This document shows, one piece after another, positions 21,159 to 31,027 of a stretch of DNA of 64,000 bases. The notes below the pieces were generated by a model. The model had not been told where the DNA came from. It ran no database searches and saw nothing but the letters and a program-made list of their open reading frames with translations. Both the position numbers and the translations under genes were made by a program. This stretch comes from Acidobacteriota bacterium (GTDB lineage Bacteria; Acidobacteriota; UBA6911; RPQK01; JAJDTT01): positions 2,240,001-2,304,000 of the forward strand of contig OZ253580.1 of the NCBI GenBank assembly GCA_965263035.1, read 5' to 3'. Position 1 is the stretch's first letter. The number at the start of each line of letters is the position of its first letter.

Positions 21159-21368
21159 GGTTCAGCATTGGACATGGTCCGGAGCTTCCCATAATCCTCC
21201 TCCGGAGACGGAAGCTCTCCCCTGGTCCCTGGTCCCATGCTAAATCGCATTTTGTGCGGCCAAAAGCTCCGGCAATCGCCGCAGTCTCCAGGCACGAGTC
21301 ACCTGGCCAGTCATTGACAACGGAGCAGAATGCTTTCTAAATACTGTCAATGCTTTCATAATGACAGC

Positions 21369-21605
21369 ATGCCGGTACAGATTACCATCAGACGTGTCCC
21401 CGAAAAGGTGCGGGACGAACTTGCGGCGCGCGCAGCGTTGCGACGCCAATCCATGCAGGAGTTTCTGCGTCACGAGTTGGAACGCATCGCATCGCGGCCG
21501 TCCCTCGACCTTTGGCTGCAGCGCGTTCGCGAGCGCAAGGAAGCGGCGGGCACTCGCGTTCGAGCCTCCAGCATTTTGCGCGCCCAGGATGCGGACCGGA
21601 TGTGA
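21369..21605 (+). CDS. FitA-like RHH antitoxin
   Basis: QITIRRVPEKVRDELAARAA..QSMQEFLR; overlaps a PIN gene. Confidence 0.8.
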   Translation: MPVQITIRRVPEKVRDELAARAALRRQSMQEFLRHELERIASRPSLDLWLQRVRERKEAAGTRVRASSILRAQDADRM

Positions 21606-22000
21606 CGGTCGTCGTTGACGCGTCCGTGCTGGTTGCGGCCCTGGTCGACTCGGGGCGCGAAGGGGTGTGGGCGGAATCGGCGATGGCCGAGGGCTCTCTG
21701 GCCGGTCCGGAATTGGTCCTGGCGGAGGTGAGCAACATCTTGCGCCGGTTGGAACGGATCGGGGAAATCTCGAGGCTCGAGGCCAACAGTGCACACCGCG
21801 ATCTGCTTCGGCTCGACCTGGACCTATTTCCATTCGCGCCGTTCGCCGACCGTGTGTGGGCTTTGCGGAGCAACTTGACCAGCTACGACGCGTGGTACGT
21901 GGCCCTGGCCGAGGCGTTGGATTGTCCGCTGGTGACACTTGACCGGAAACTGGACCGGGCCAACGGACCTGCCTGCGAGATCATCACCCCGCCCCGTTAG
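21602..22000 (+). CDS. VapC/FitB PIN toxin
   Basis: VVVDASVLV, AEVSNILRR, LTSYDAWYVALAE, LVTLDRKL. Confidence 0.88.
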   Translation: MTVVVDASVLVAALVDSGREGVWAESAMAEGSLAGPELVLAEVSNILRRLERIGEISRLEANSAHRDLLRLDLDLFPFAPFADRVWALRSNLTSYDAWYVALAEALDCPLVTLDRKLDRANGPACEIITPPR

Positions 22001-22124
22001 CTTGTTCTCATCCGGAATATGCAGCTCTGGGTGACGAAGATCCTCCGATAAAGTCATAGCGCTGAAATCGTAGCATCACTAAACGGCGTCCGGCGTCACG
22101 GGTCACGCTGAAGGATTTCGGAGA

Positions 22125-23237
22125 CTACGAGAGGTCGACGAGGCTGTAGCTCGTGCTTCGGCCTCCTCCCGGATTGCGGGCGAGGAGACCGCGCCGGACC
22201 AGATCGGTAATGTCCCGCAGGGCGGTATCCTGAGAGCATTTGGCAAGCTTGGCCCACTTCGAAGTGGTCAACTTCCCCTCGAAATCATCCAGGAGGCGGT
22301 CAAGGACTCGTCTCTGGCGCTGGTTGAGAGGAACATCGGCGACGCGTTTCCAGAATTGTGCCTTTTTATGGACCGCCGCCAGCGTCGACCGTGAACCTTC
22401 GATGGCTCGGCCCAGGCAAGACAGGAACCAGACCAGCCAAGCCGTGATATCCGTCGTCCCCTTCTGCGTCCGTTCCAGGACGTCGTAGTAGGCGGCGCGT
22501 TCCTGCCGAATTTGCGACGACATGCTGTAGTAGCGTTGCGATCTCCCCTCGGAGCGGGCCAAGATCATGTCCGCAATCGCCCGCGCCATGCGGCCATTGC
22601 CGTCGTCAAAGGGATGAACGGTGACGAACCAGAGGTGGGCCACCCCGGCCTTGAGCACTTCATCGGTGTCGGCGGGCGCATTGAACCAGTCCAGAAAGGT
22701 TCCCATTTCCCGGGCGAGACGGGCGGCGGGCGGGGCTTCGAAATGCACCCTCTCCCGGCCGATGGGACCGGAAACGACCTGCATCGGGCCGGTGCGGTCA
22801 TCGCGCCAGCCTCCCACTCTGATCCGTCGCCGGTCACTGCGATCGGTTGAAAACAGAGACTCGTGCCAACCGTATAGCCGCGTTCTGGTCAGAGGCTGCT
22901 CAAAGCGTCCGGTGGCGTCCAGCATCATTTCCACGATCCCCTCGACCTTGCGGTCGGCGGGCCTGAGGCCGCCGAGGTCCAGGCCGAGGTGACGGGCGAC
23001 CGAAGAGCGGACCTGCTCCGCGTCGAGTCGTTCCCCTTCGATATCGCTCGTCTGCAGCACGTCTTCCGTAAGGGTTTCGAACACCGCTTCCTGCCGGAGA
23101 TCGAAGCCGAGAGCCTCCATCTGACCGCTCAAGCGGCCCTGCTGATACCGGACAGCAGCCAAAGTTCTGACCAGGCTGTCATTCTTCCAGTGGAGACGGG
23201 GCCAGTCGGGATGCTCGTAAATGCATAATCTCCGCAT
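22125..23237 (-). CDS. Fic family protein (DUF4172 N-terminus, C-terminal HTH)
   Basis: Fic motif HPFDDGNGRMAR; KWAKLAKCSQDTALRDI HTH. Confidence 0.92.
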   Translation of the reverse strand: MRRLCIYEHPDWPRLHWKNDSLVRTLAAVRYQQGRLSGQMEALGFDLRQEAVFETLTEDVLQTSDIEGERLDAEQVRSSVARHLGLDLGGLRPADRKVEGIVEMMLDATGRFEQPLTRTRLYGWHESLFSTDRSDRRRIRVGGWRDDRTGPMQVVSGPIGRERVHFEAPPAARLAREMGTFLDWFNAPADTDEVLKAGVAHLWFVTVHPFDDGNGRMARAIADMILARSEGRSQRYYSMSSQIRQERAAYYDVLERTQKGTTDITAWLVWFLSCLGRAIEGSRSTLAAVHKKAQFWKRVADVPLNQRQRRVLDRLLDDFEGKLTTSKWAKLAKCSQDTALRDITDLVRRGLLARNPGGGRSTSYSLVDLS

Positions 23238-23324
23238 ATTAAGCGGGAATTATAGGCATTAATCGCCGCAGAAGGCCATTATTCTCCGCATTTTGTGCGT
23301 TCAATAACTCTGATAATCGCCGCA
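23226..23324. repeat. Four 11-bp direct repeats TA(A/T)TC(T/G)CCGCA over the fic start/promoter
   Basis: Copies at 23226, 23260, 23280 and 23314. Confidence 0.6.
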
Positions 23325-23334
23325 ATCTCCGGGC

Positions 23335-23537
23335 ACGCGCGACAGGGACCACAGCGAATCGGTGTGCGGAGGGCATTCGTGGTCGTACCTGAACGTGATT
23401 CGCAAGCTCACGTGCCGGTCCTCACGCCCTTGGGACAGTGGCTGGTCGACAACACGCCACGCGGTGTGGACCTTGAGATTCCGCGAGACAGAGGTTCACG
23501 GCGGGAGATCCCGTTTGCTTCCGGAGATACGGATTGA
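23335..23537 (+). pseudogene. Antitoxin remnant (probably lacking its N-terminus)
   Basis: GPQRIG..AFVVVP..LGQWLVDNTPRGVDLEIP..SRREIPF; stop overlaps the start of the PIN toxin. Confidence 0.55.
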
Positions 23538-23591
23538 AGGGCTGTCTCCTGGACACCAACGTGATCTCGGAGCTGACAAGAACGGCTCCGG

Positions 23592-25373
23592 TGAAGGTGT
23601 CCCGTTTTCGTGGACGGTTTATTAGTGCGGTTTACGTTGGTCTAGGTTGTAATACTCCTTCTGTCGTTGGGGAGCAAGACTTCCTCCCGCTGAATGTCAA
23701 TGGCCATAGAAAATGTCAGGGTTTTGACCATTGACAGAGCGTTCTTTCTTCTGTGGGGGGACTGATGGAGGCGTCAGCAAAAGGGCTCACGTTGTGGGAA
23801 ATCTCTGATTTTCCACAATGGGATACCGCGTAACGAGGGGGCCTCGGCGCTTTCTTTCCAGGGATTTAAGAGTGGTGTGTATCTCTTTGCATCCGGGGGT
23901 CTCAGGGGGGCAGCGCCCCCCTGCCCTCTTCAATCGTGTCGCGCGCGACGCTTGGTGCGACGGTGATGGTGCTGGCTTCGTGGTCGAGCAGCGCGAAAAC
24001 GAACCGGTTCGTGAGGCGGCGTCAGTCCTTCTGAGCCTCCCGGCCCGCAGGACCGGCATTGGAGGCAGGAAAGACGACCCCAGCAGGTCATCACTGCACT
24101 CGGCGAGAGCACGAATCGAGGATCTCGTCGTCCGGATCGAGTTTCGACGACGCCGTGGGTCCTACGCTGCCTGCTGCTCGTAGCGGACCGGCGACTCGTA
24201 GCCCAGCGCCGAGTGTCGGCGGCGCCGGTTGTAGAATCCCTCAATGAAGTCGAAGACGGTCCGCCTCGCCTGATTCGGATTCCGGAACTGGTGACGGTCC
24301 AGCAACTCGCATTCCAGCGTCGCGAAGAAGCTCTCGCACATCGCGTTGTCGTAAGCGTCCCCCACCGAGCCCATCGACGGCCGCACCCCGGCCTCCCGGC
24401 ATCTCTTCCCGAAGGCCGTCGAGGTGTATTGTGCCCCCTGGTCCGAGTGGTGGATCACCTGCTTCGGCTGTCGCCGTATCACCGCCATGGCGAGCGCATT
24501 CTCGACCAGTTCGGACCGCAGATGGGTCTCCATTGCCCAGCCCACGACCATTCGGCTCCAGGCGTCCAGGACCACGGCCACATACAACCAGCCCGCCTGC
24601 GTGCGAACATACGTCAGGTCCGCCACCCAGAGCTGATCCGGTCCCTCAGCCGCGAAGTTCCGGTTCACCAGGTCCGGTGCGGGACGCGCCTTCCGGTCCC
24701 TCCGGGTGAGCCCGGCCTTCCGGTGCCTCCGGCTCACCCCCTGAATTCCCGCTTCCCGCATCAATCGGCCCACACGCTTCGGGCTCGTCCGTTCCCCTCG
24801 AGCTCTCAGTTCGGCATGCAGACGAGGCCGACCGTAAACTCTCCGGTTCTCGTTCCAGATCTGCACGATCTTTTCCCGAAGCGCCTGGTCCTGGCGAGCC
24901 CGGTTCGAGGGCAGACGTTTCAACCAGGCGTAGTACCCACTGGGGGAGAGACCCAACACGCGGCACATCACCCGAATCGGAAACTGGGCCCGGTGCGCCT
25001 TTACGAACTCGAATCCTTTCCTGGGATCGAGTCGCTCTCCCGGGCGAACCAAGCCGCGGCTTTTTTTAGGATGTCCCGCTCCATCCGCAGGCGCTTGATC
25101 TCCCGCCTCGCCTGACGCAACTCCTGGCGCTCGAACTTCGTCAACCCGTCGCTCCGGTGCCCCTCGTCCAGATCGGCCTGCTTGACCCACTTCCGGATCG
25201 CCGAAGCCGAGGGCTCGAACTCCCGCGCCAGTGCCTCCGGCGATCGCCCCGAGCGCACCAGCCCTACGATCTCCCGCCGGAACTCCGGCGGATACCGTCT
25301 CTGCTTTCTTGCCATCGTGGATCCCTCCTTACTCCCCTACTTTGGATGTGTCCACGAAAGCGGGTCAACTCCA
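23592..25373 (-). mobile_element. IS3-family element, 1782 bp, CCGG target duplication
   Basis: Ends TGAAGGTGTCCCGTTTTCGTGGAC / GTCCACGAAAGCGGGTCAACTCCA; CCGG at 23588-23591 and 25374-25377. Confidence 0.9.
24162..25315 (-). CDS. IS3 transposase OrfA (25001-25315) / OrfB with programmed -1 frameshift
   Basis: OrfA RYPPEFRREIV; slippery A7G at 25060-25067; OrfB DDE motifs WVADLTY, HHSDQGAQY, DNAMCESFFATLE. Confidence 0.92.
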
Positions 25374-25716
25374 CCGGCTCCACCGGTTGTCGCCTTCCTG
25401 TCTGGACACCACGATTTGTGGCTCCCGACGATCGTGTTGCATGAGTTGGAATTCGGCTTGCGACTGCTGCCGTTGGGACAACGCCCTGACCGATTGGGGG
25501 CGGCGCTGCCGGAGTTCATTACCGGATACGAGGAACGAGTCCTGCCCCTGGAGAGAATGGGCGCGGAGTGGGCTGCCCAATTTCGCGCGCAGGCGCATCG
25601 CACCGGATGCGCACTGGACTTCCGAGATGCGCTCATTGCCGGAACCGCCAAGGCTCACGACCTGGCGCTCGCAACCAGGAACGTCGCCGACTTCGGGAGC
25701 TTGGACCTCGAGGTGG

Positions 25717-26706
25717 TCAATCCCTGGGAGGCGACGTGACGGGGGGGCAGCGGATCAGGCGCTCCGCCAACTCCAGCGCGTCCACCGGCCAGAAACACTC
25801 CGGGCGAGGACGGAAGACGTTGGCCCGTCCGGCCGCGGGACGGCAGTTGAGCAGGCATTCGGTCCATTGTCCCGGAACGGCGTCCCGGCCGTAGACGGCG
25901 CCCAGAAGCGCCCCGCAGATGGCCGCGTTGGTGTCGGTGTCTCCGCCGCGCATGACCGTGTCCACCACCGCCTCCTTCAGATCCGGCGCATGGGTGAGCT
26001 GCCAGAGGGAGTTGCGGAACGCCGTCAGGACCCAGCCCTGTTGATGGATGTAGTCGGCGGGCGGCGCCACGGCGGCGCCGTGGACGGCGTCCAGCAGGCT
26101 GCGCTCCACCCCCATCTCCTCGGCCCAACCGGTGACGCGGCGATAGAGGTCCTGCGGCTCACATTCAGCACGGACGGCTTCGGCAATCGCCAGGGCGAAG
26201 AGGGCGTTGGCCTGCCGGCAGACCGGGTGCGGATGGGTGAGCGCCGCGTCCTGGCGCGCCCACTCGGCTACCTGCGGCAACTCATAGCGGGCTCCAAAGA
26301 TGCCCAACGGGCTGATCCTCATCAGGGCGCCGTTGGCCTGGCTGTCCGCGTTGGGCCGGCCCCGCAGACCCCGGGAGATCGTTCCGCCGCAATCGAAGGG
26401 ATCCGATTGCAGCCAGAAGACGTAGGCTTTCCTGGCTTCCCCGGGGTCGTACCTGCCCTGCTCCGCCAGCATCCGGGCCAGCGACAACGCCATCTCGGAG
26501 TCGTCGGTGGGTTGTCCGGCGATGGTGTTCCAGGTCCCTCCATTCGCCAGCTCCCGGACGCCTTCGGGATATTTCCTTCGGATCTCTTCCGGTGCCTGGA
26601 ACTCCACCAAGCTGCCCAGCGCGTCGCTGGCGAGTTGTCCCAGCAGGCACCCCTGTGCCCGGGCGAGGACGCCGGCGTCTAAGAATTCAGGCTTGATCCC
26701 GCTCAT
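25717..26706 (-). CDS. ADP-ribosylglycohydrolase (DraG/ARH family)
   Basis: GCLLGQLASDALG, PTDDSEMA, SQANGALMR, LTHPH, GGDTDTNAAICGALLGA. Confidence 0.92.
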   Translation of the reverse strand: MSGIKPEFLDAGVLARAQGCLLGQLASDALGSLVEFQAPEEIRRKYPEGVRELANGGTWNTIAGQPTDDSEMALSLARMLAEQGRYDPGEARKAYVFWLQSDPFDCGGTISRGLRGRPNADSQANGALMRISPLGIFGARYELPQVAEWARQDAALTHPHPVCRQANALFALAIAEAVRAECEPQDLYRRVTGWAEEMGVERSLLDAVHGAAVAPPADYIHQQGWVLTAFRNSLWQLTHAPDLKEAVVDTVMRGGDTDTNAAICGALLGAVYGRDAVPGQWTECLLNCRPAAGRANVFRPRPECFWPVDALELAERLIRCPPVTSPPRD

Positions 26707-27045
26707 CGGTCCGGCTCGAACACACCTATCCCGCCAGAAAGTTCAGAAAAGTGTCCCGGCTCACTAACAGCTGGTTTCGTGCACTTGCCGATTCCTCGAA
26801 TAGGCAACTGCACACGCTCTCGGACAGCTCGTCCGCTGCTCCCGAGACCACATAGTCGACCCACGAGAATTAACGATGTGTCGCCTCGCCCATCGTGCCC
26901 TCTCAATTGGCACGGCCAACATGGTCGCCATGTCAGGGGCACGTTCCTTGATCTTCCGCAGGAGCGCCAGAAAGGGCACGTGTCGATGGGGTCCGACTCC
27001 ATCTTGCTTGACACGTGAGTATCGGACTTCAGGCCAACCGGCCTT

Positions 27046-27409
27046 TCAAATCGGTAGAACCCGTACCCGACTTCGCGCCTCGTCCACGACGACCAAAGCT
27101 CCAGAAGACAAGTCATCGGCATGTTGCTTGAGGGCAGCGACGATCAAACTTGCCAGATTCTCCGGCAATGCATCCTTAGAACGAACCTGAAGTACGCTGG
27201 CCCCCCTTGTGTGAGATAAAGCCAGCATGGCTCCGAAGTCGAGATCGTGACTCAATAACACATACTCCATGCTCCACAGCCCAATCCACAATGGTATGGT
27301 CGCTCGCTCGTGGATCACCTACGGTTGACCAATGGACCGCCGACCACTCGTCACTGGTCAGCACGGGAACCCAGTCGGGTGAGAGATTCATATCGATCAA
27401 GAGCTTCAC
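27046..27409 (-). pseudogene. DUF5615 PIN-like toxin, frameshifted near 27265
   Basis: Frame 1 MKLLIDMNLSPDW...ASDHTIVDWAVEHG; frame 2 YVLLSHDLDFGAMLA...RVRVLPI. Confidence 0.8.
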
Positions 27410-27645
27410 GGGCGTGTTGAGATGGAAAGCGGAACTTCCCGTTCTTCCAATCTCCATGCCGCGTAGGCCAGGGATTGATCAATATCTTCTCGTTCCAGAT
27501 AAGGATATGCCTTCAGGATTTCGTCGGCCGATCGGCCTGCCGCCAACAACCCCACGACCGTGCCCACCGTCACGCGCAAACCTCGGATACACGGCTTGCC
27601 GCCCATCACAGCAGGATCGAAAGTGATTCGCGCAAATGCTTGCAT
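27406..27645 (-). CDS. DUF433 antitoxin
   Basis: RITFDPAVMGGKPCIRGLRVTV...EILKAYPYLEREDI. Confidence 0.9.
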   Translation of the reverse strand: MQAFARITFDPAVMGGKPCIRGLRVTVGTVVGLLAAGRSADEILKAYPYLEREDIDQSLAYAAWRLEEREVPLSISTRP

Positions 27646-28070
27646 GTTGGATCTCCGTCCGTTCAACACGACCCATGCGCTCCGGCGCACGGAGAAACCG
27701 ACCGTTTAGCGCTGCCTCGAGCAAAACGCGGATCAGGATCAGCGTATTCCCTGCGAACCAGTGAGTGGTTCTCGCGTGACCAGTACTAGGAGTCTGCGCG
27801 GTAGAAATGATCGTAGCGAGAAAGTGGGGAATCGAGGCCAGATTTTCTCGATTTTGAGGTGCATAGTTGTGCTATTCGCCGAGAAATCGGGGAAATATGG
27901 ACCGATTCTACCGCTTTCGCAGTAGATCAATTTCTGCGGCGCAGGCTCCTAGATCCCATTTCGGGCCCGCAGAAAAAGCGTGGCTCCATGTATGTATTGA
28001 ATGATTCCGGTGAATGGACTCGGAGTGGGCGGCTGGAAGGTCGCCCCGCCAAGCCGTCCCTCCTGGCCCG

Positions 28071-31025
28071 TCAGTCGATGTAGAGGAACTCGTTGGTGAG
28101 GAACAGTAGTTGGCAGAAGCTTTCCAGAGCTTTCTTCTCCGCCGGTGCCTCCTCGGCGTTGGCTTTGAGATAGAGATCCTTCTGGCGAGCCAGATGCGCT
28201 CCGGCGATCTGGGCTTCCTCCGGTGAAGGCCGGCGGGAGAGAGCCAGCAGGTAGGCTTTCTCGATCGCCTCTTCCGGATCGCCTTTGGACAGGCCGGCGA
28301 CCCGCCGGGCAAAGGCCTGGGCGTTTTCGACGACGAAATCGCCGTTCATCAGCGTGAGGGACTGCAGCGGCGACACCGAGTTCATCCGCCGGCTGCAGTT
28401 GGTCTGCATGATGGGAGCATCGAAGGTCTCCAGGAAGCCCAGAGGGTAGTAGCGCCGCGCCAGAAGGTACACGCTGCGCCGCCATTGTCCCGCGGGTTTG
28501 GCGTCGGCCGGCTCGCCTGGCGCATCGGTGTGCGGGTTCAGTGTCTTCAGGCCGTCGGCCATCAAAGGACCCTCAACCGAAGGTCCTCCCATGGTCCAGT
28601 CCAGCGTGCCGCTGGTGGCCATGATGGAGTCCCGCAAGGTCTCCGCTTCCAACCGGCGCAGGTTCATGCGCCACAAGAGCCGGTTTCCCGGATCCACTTG
28701 GAGCGCGCGCGAGCCGGCCGGAAGCCCCTGGGTCGATTGCCGGTAGGCCGTGGAAGTCATGATCAGCCTGTGGAGCTTCTTGATGCTCCAGCCCCGGCGC
28801 ACGAACTCCACCGCCAGCCAATCCAGCAGCTCGGGATGGGATGGAGGCTTGCCCTGCTTCCCGAAATTGTCCTGGGTCTCCACGATGCCCCGCCCGAAAT
28901 GGTGCTGCCAGACCTGGTTCACGAACACCCGGGCGGTGAGAGGATGGTCGGGCCGGGTCAGCCAGCGCGCCAAGGCCAGACGGGCGCCGCTGGTCTCTCC
29001 CTTCGTCTCCGGGGGCCGGACCGCATCGGTCCCTCCGGGAGCACTCGCCACCTCCAGGAACCCCGGCCGGACCGGAGGTCCCGGACGCTCGACCTCGCCG
29101 CGCTGGAGCAGGCGAATCTTGGGCGGCGGCACCACTTCCCACAGGGCCTGGATCTTGTCCCAGGAACGGCGGTAACCGTTCAGAATTCGGATCCTTTCAA
29201 TCAACTTCTTGTGGGTCGCGAGGTGCTCCTCGTTCAGGGCTTTGACCACTTCCTCCGGAGTGACGGCCAGCTGTTCCTCGAATTTGGAGGCCAGGAACTT
29301 CTGCACTTCGTCCCGCTTGTCTTCGGGCGTGGCCAGGGCCTCTTTCGTCTCTTGGCGGATGTTTTCCGGCAGTTCCTTGAGCTTGGCGTCCAGCAGGCCG
29401 TCGCGGTAGGGGCGGTAGACCGCCTCGAGCCGCTCCTTGAGCTTGGCCACCGGCTTGTCGATCTCCGCGTTGTGGCGCTCGATTGTCTCCTGTTCCCGTT
29501 TGGAGACACTGGGCAGATGATGATTCTTGGGCTGCAGCCAGCGCACCGGGTTGTAGCCGGTGGCGAAGACGGACAGCATGCGGTAGTAGTCCCGCTGCGG
29601 GATGGGATCGTACTTGTGGCTGTGGCAGCGGGCACATCCCACGGTCAACCCCATCAGGCCGGTGGAGACCTTCTCCATCAGATGGAAGAGCACGTCGTAC
29701 CGCTCTCCCACCAGATTCACCACGTCCTGGTCGGTGCGGTCGAAGACGGAGCGCAGATAGCCCGTGGCGACCAGCTTGTCCAGGATTTCCGGCGTGTAAT
29801 TCTCGGCCGAGCGCCAGTCCACCAGCTCGTCACCGGCCAACTGCTCCACCAGGAACCGGTCGTAGGGCAGGTCCTGGTTGAAGGCCCGGATCACCCAGTC
29901 CCGGTAACGCCACATGCCGTCGATGACGATTACGGACTCGACGGCGGAGTCGAATCCGGTGACGTCGCTGTAGCCGGCCGCATCCAGCCAATGGCGGCCC
30001 CACCGCTCACCGTAGTGCTTCGACTCGAGCAGCGTATCGATGAGCCTCTCGTACGCATCCGGTCTCTCGTCCTCCAGATAGGCCCGGATGTCTTTCAGGG
30101 ACGGCGGCACCCCGATCAGATCCAACCAGGCGCGGCGCATCAACGTGAGCTTGGAGGCATCGGGCGAGAAACCGAGTCCCTCGGATTCGAGCCGCTTCAA
30201 CAGAAAGGCGTCAATCGGCGTGCGAACGCGCTTCCGGTTCTTGACCTGCGGGACGGGTGCGGCCACGGGCTTCCGGAAGGACCAGAATTGCCGGTCCTCT
30301 TCGGTCACCGGCGGCGCTTCGGCCGGGTTGAAGGTGGTGCGCTCCACGTGGGGCCGCAGGAGCCGGAAGTCCGAAGTGTCGATCCAGCGGGCCAGGGTCC
30401 GGATCTCACCGTCGTTCAGCGGCCGGCCCATGCCCGGGGGCGGCATCTCACGAGAGGTCACCTTGCGGATCAGGATGCTCTTGATGGAACCCAGGTCGGA
30501 GATCACGGGACCGCCCTCGCTTCCCTTCAACACCGACTGCACCGTGCGCAGGTCGAGCCCCCCCATGGGCTGGTCCGCGGCATGACAGTTGAAGCAACGG
30601 TCCTCGAAGATGGGAAGCGCCAAATCCTCGAACCTCGCGGTCTCCTGTTTCTTCTTGGCGGCGATGGCGGCTTCCTCATCCGAGGGGACACCCGCCTCGA
30701 TCCAGCGCCGGACGGTATCGATCTCCGAATCGGTCAGCTTCAGTTTGAAAGCGGGCGGCGGCATCATTCGCTGGGAGACCTTCTGGTAGAGCAGGCTTTC
30801 TTCGGGGGCGTGCTTCACCACTACCGGCCCCTCATGGCTGCCGCGCAGAATGGAGGTGGCCGTGCGCAGATCCAGCCCGACCATGGCGGTGCCGCCATGG
30901 CAACTGTAGCAATTGGTCTTGAAGATGGGCTCGACGTCCCGTTCAAAGCTGGGCTGCGCGAAGACGGCCGCCGTCGTCAACGCACCCATGATCGATAGCG
31001 GAACCAGCAGACGAGAAAGCTTCAC
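28071..31025 (-). CDS. Planctomycete cytochrome c + DUF1549/DUF1553 (PSD1) protein
   Basis: CYSCH and CFNCH heme motifs, HYGERWGRHWLD, CARCHSHK, HPLTARVFVN, PSHPELLDWLA, NEFLYID. Confidence 0.92.
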   Translation of the reverse strand: MKLSRLLVPLSIMGALTTAAVFAQPSFERDVEPIFKTNCYSCHGGTAMVGLDLRTATSILRGSHEGPVVVKHAPEESLLYQKVSQRMMPPPAFKLKLTDSEIDTVRRWIEAGVPSDEEAAIAAKKKQETARFEDLALPIFEDRCFNCHAADQPMGGLDLRTVQSVLKGSEGGPVISDLGSIKSILIRKVTSREMPPPGMGRPLNDGEIRTLARWIDTSDFRLLRPHVERTTFNPAEAPPVTEEDRQFWSFRKPVAAPVPQVKNRKRVRTPIDAFLLKRLESEGLGFSPDASKLTLMRRAWLDLIGVPPSLKDIRAYLEDERPDAYERLIDTLLESKHYGERWGRHWLDAAGYSDVTGFDSAVESVIVIDGMWRYRDWVIRAFNQDLPYDRFLVEQLAGDELVDWRSAENYTPEILDKLVATGYLRSVFDRTDQDVVNLVGERYDVLFHLMEKVSTGLMGLTVGCARCHSHKYDPIPQRDYYRMLSVFATGYNPVRWLQPKNHHLPSVSKREQETIERHNAEIDKPVAKLKERLEAVYRPYRDGLLDAKLKELPENIRQETKEALATPEDKRDEVQKFLASKFEEQLAVTPEEVVKALNEEHLATHKKLIERIRILNGYRRSWDKIQALWEVVPPPKIRLLQRGEVERPGPPVRPGFLEVASAPGGTDAVRPPETKGETSGARLALARWLTRPDHPLTARVFVNQVWQHHFGRGIVETQDNFGKQGKPPSHPELLDWLAVEFVRRGWSIKKLHRLIMTSTAYRQSTQGLPAGSRALQVDPGNRLLWRMNLRRLEAETLRDSIMATSGTLDWTMGGPSVEGPLMADGLKTLNPHTDAPGEPADAKPAGQWRRSVYLLARRYYPLGFLETFDAPIMQTNCSRRMNSVSPLQSLTLMNGDFVVENAQAFARRVAGLSKGDPEEAIEKAYLLALSRRPSPEEAQIAGAHLARQKDLYLKANAEEAPAEKKALESFCQLLFLTNEFLYID

Positions 31026-31027
31026 GG

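Larger units (their letters stand above)
23534..25739 (+). pseudogene. PIN (VapC) toxin interrupted by an IS3-family element
   Basis: MKGCLLDTNVISELTRTAP | APPVVAFL...HELEFG...DALIAGTAKAHDLALATRNVADF; removing the IS and one CCGG restores the frame. Confidence 0.85.

Noticed and set aside
26707-27040. Possible gene remnant upstream of the ADP-ribosylglycohydrolase (such as a partner ADP-ribosyltransferase)
   Set aside because: Translations show no recognisable family, so a paired ADP-ribosylation system is unsupported.
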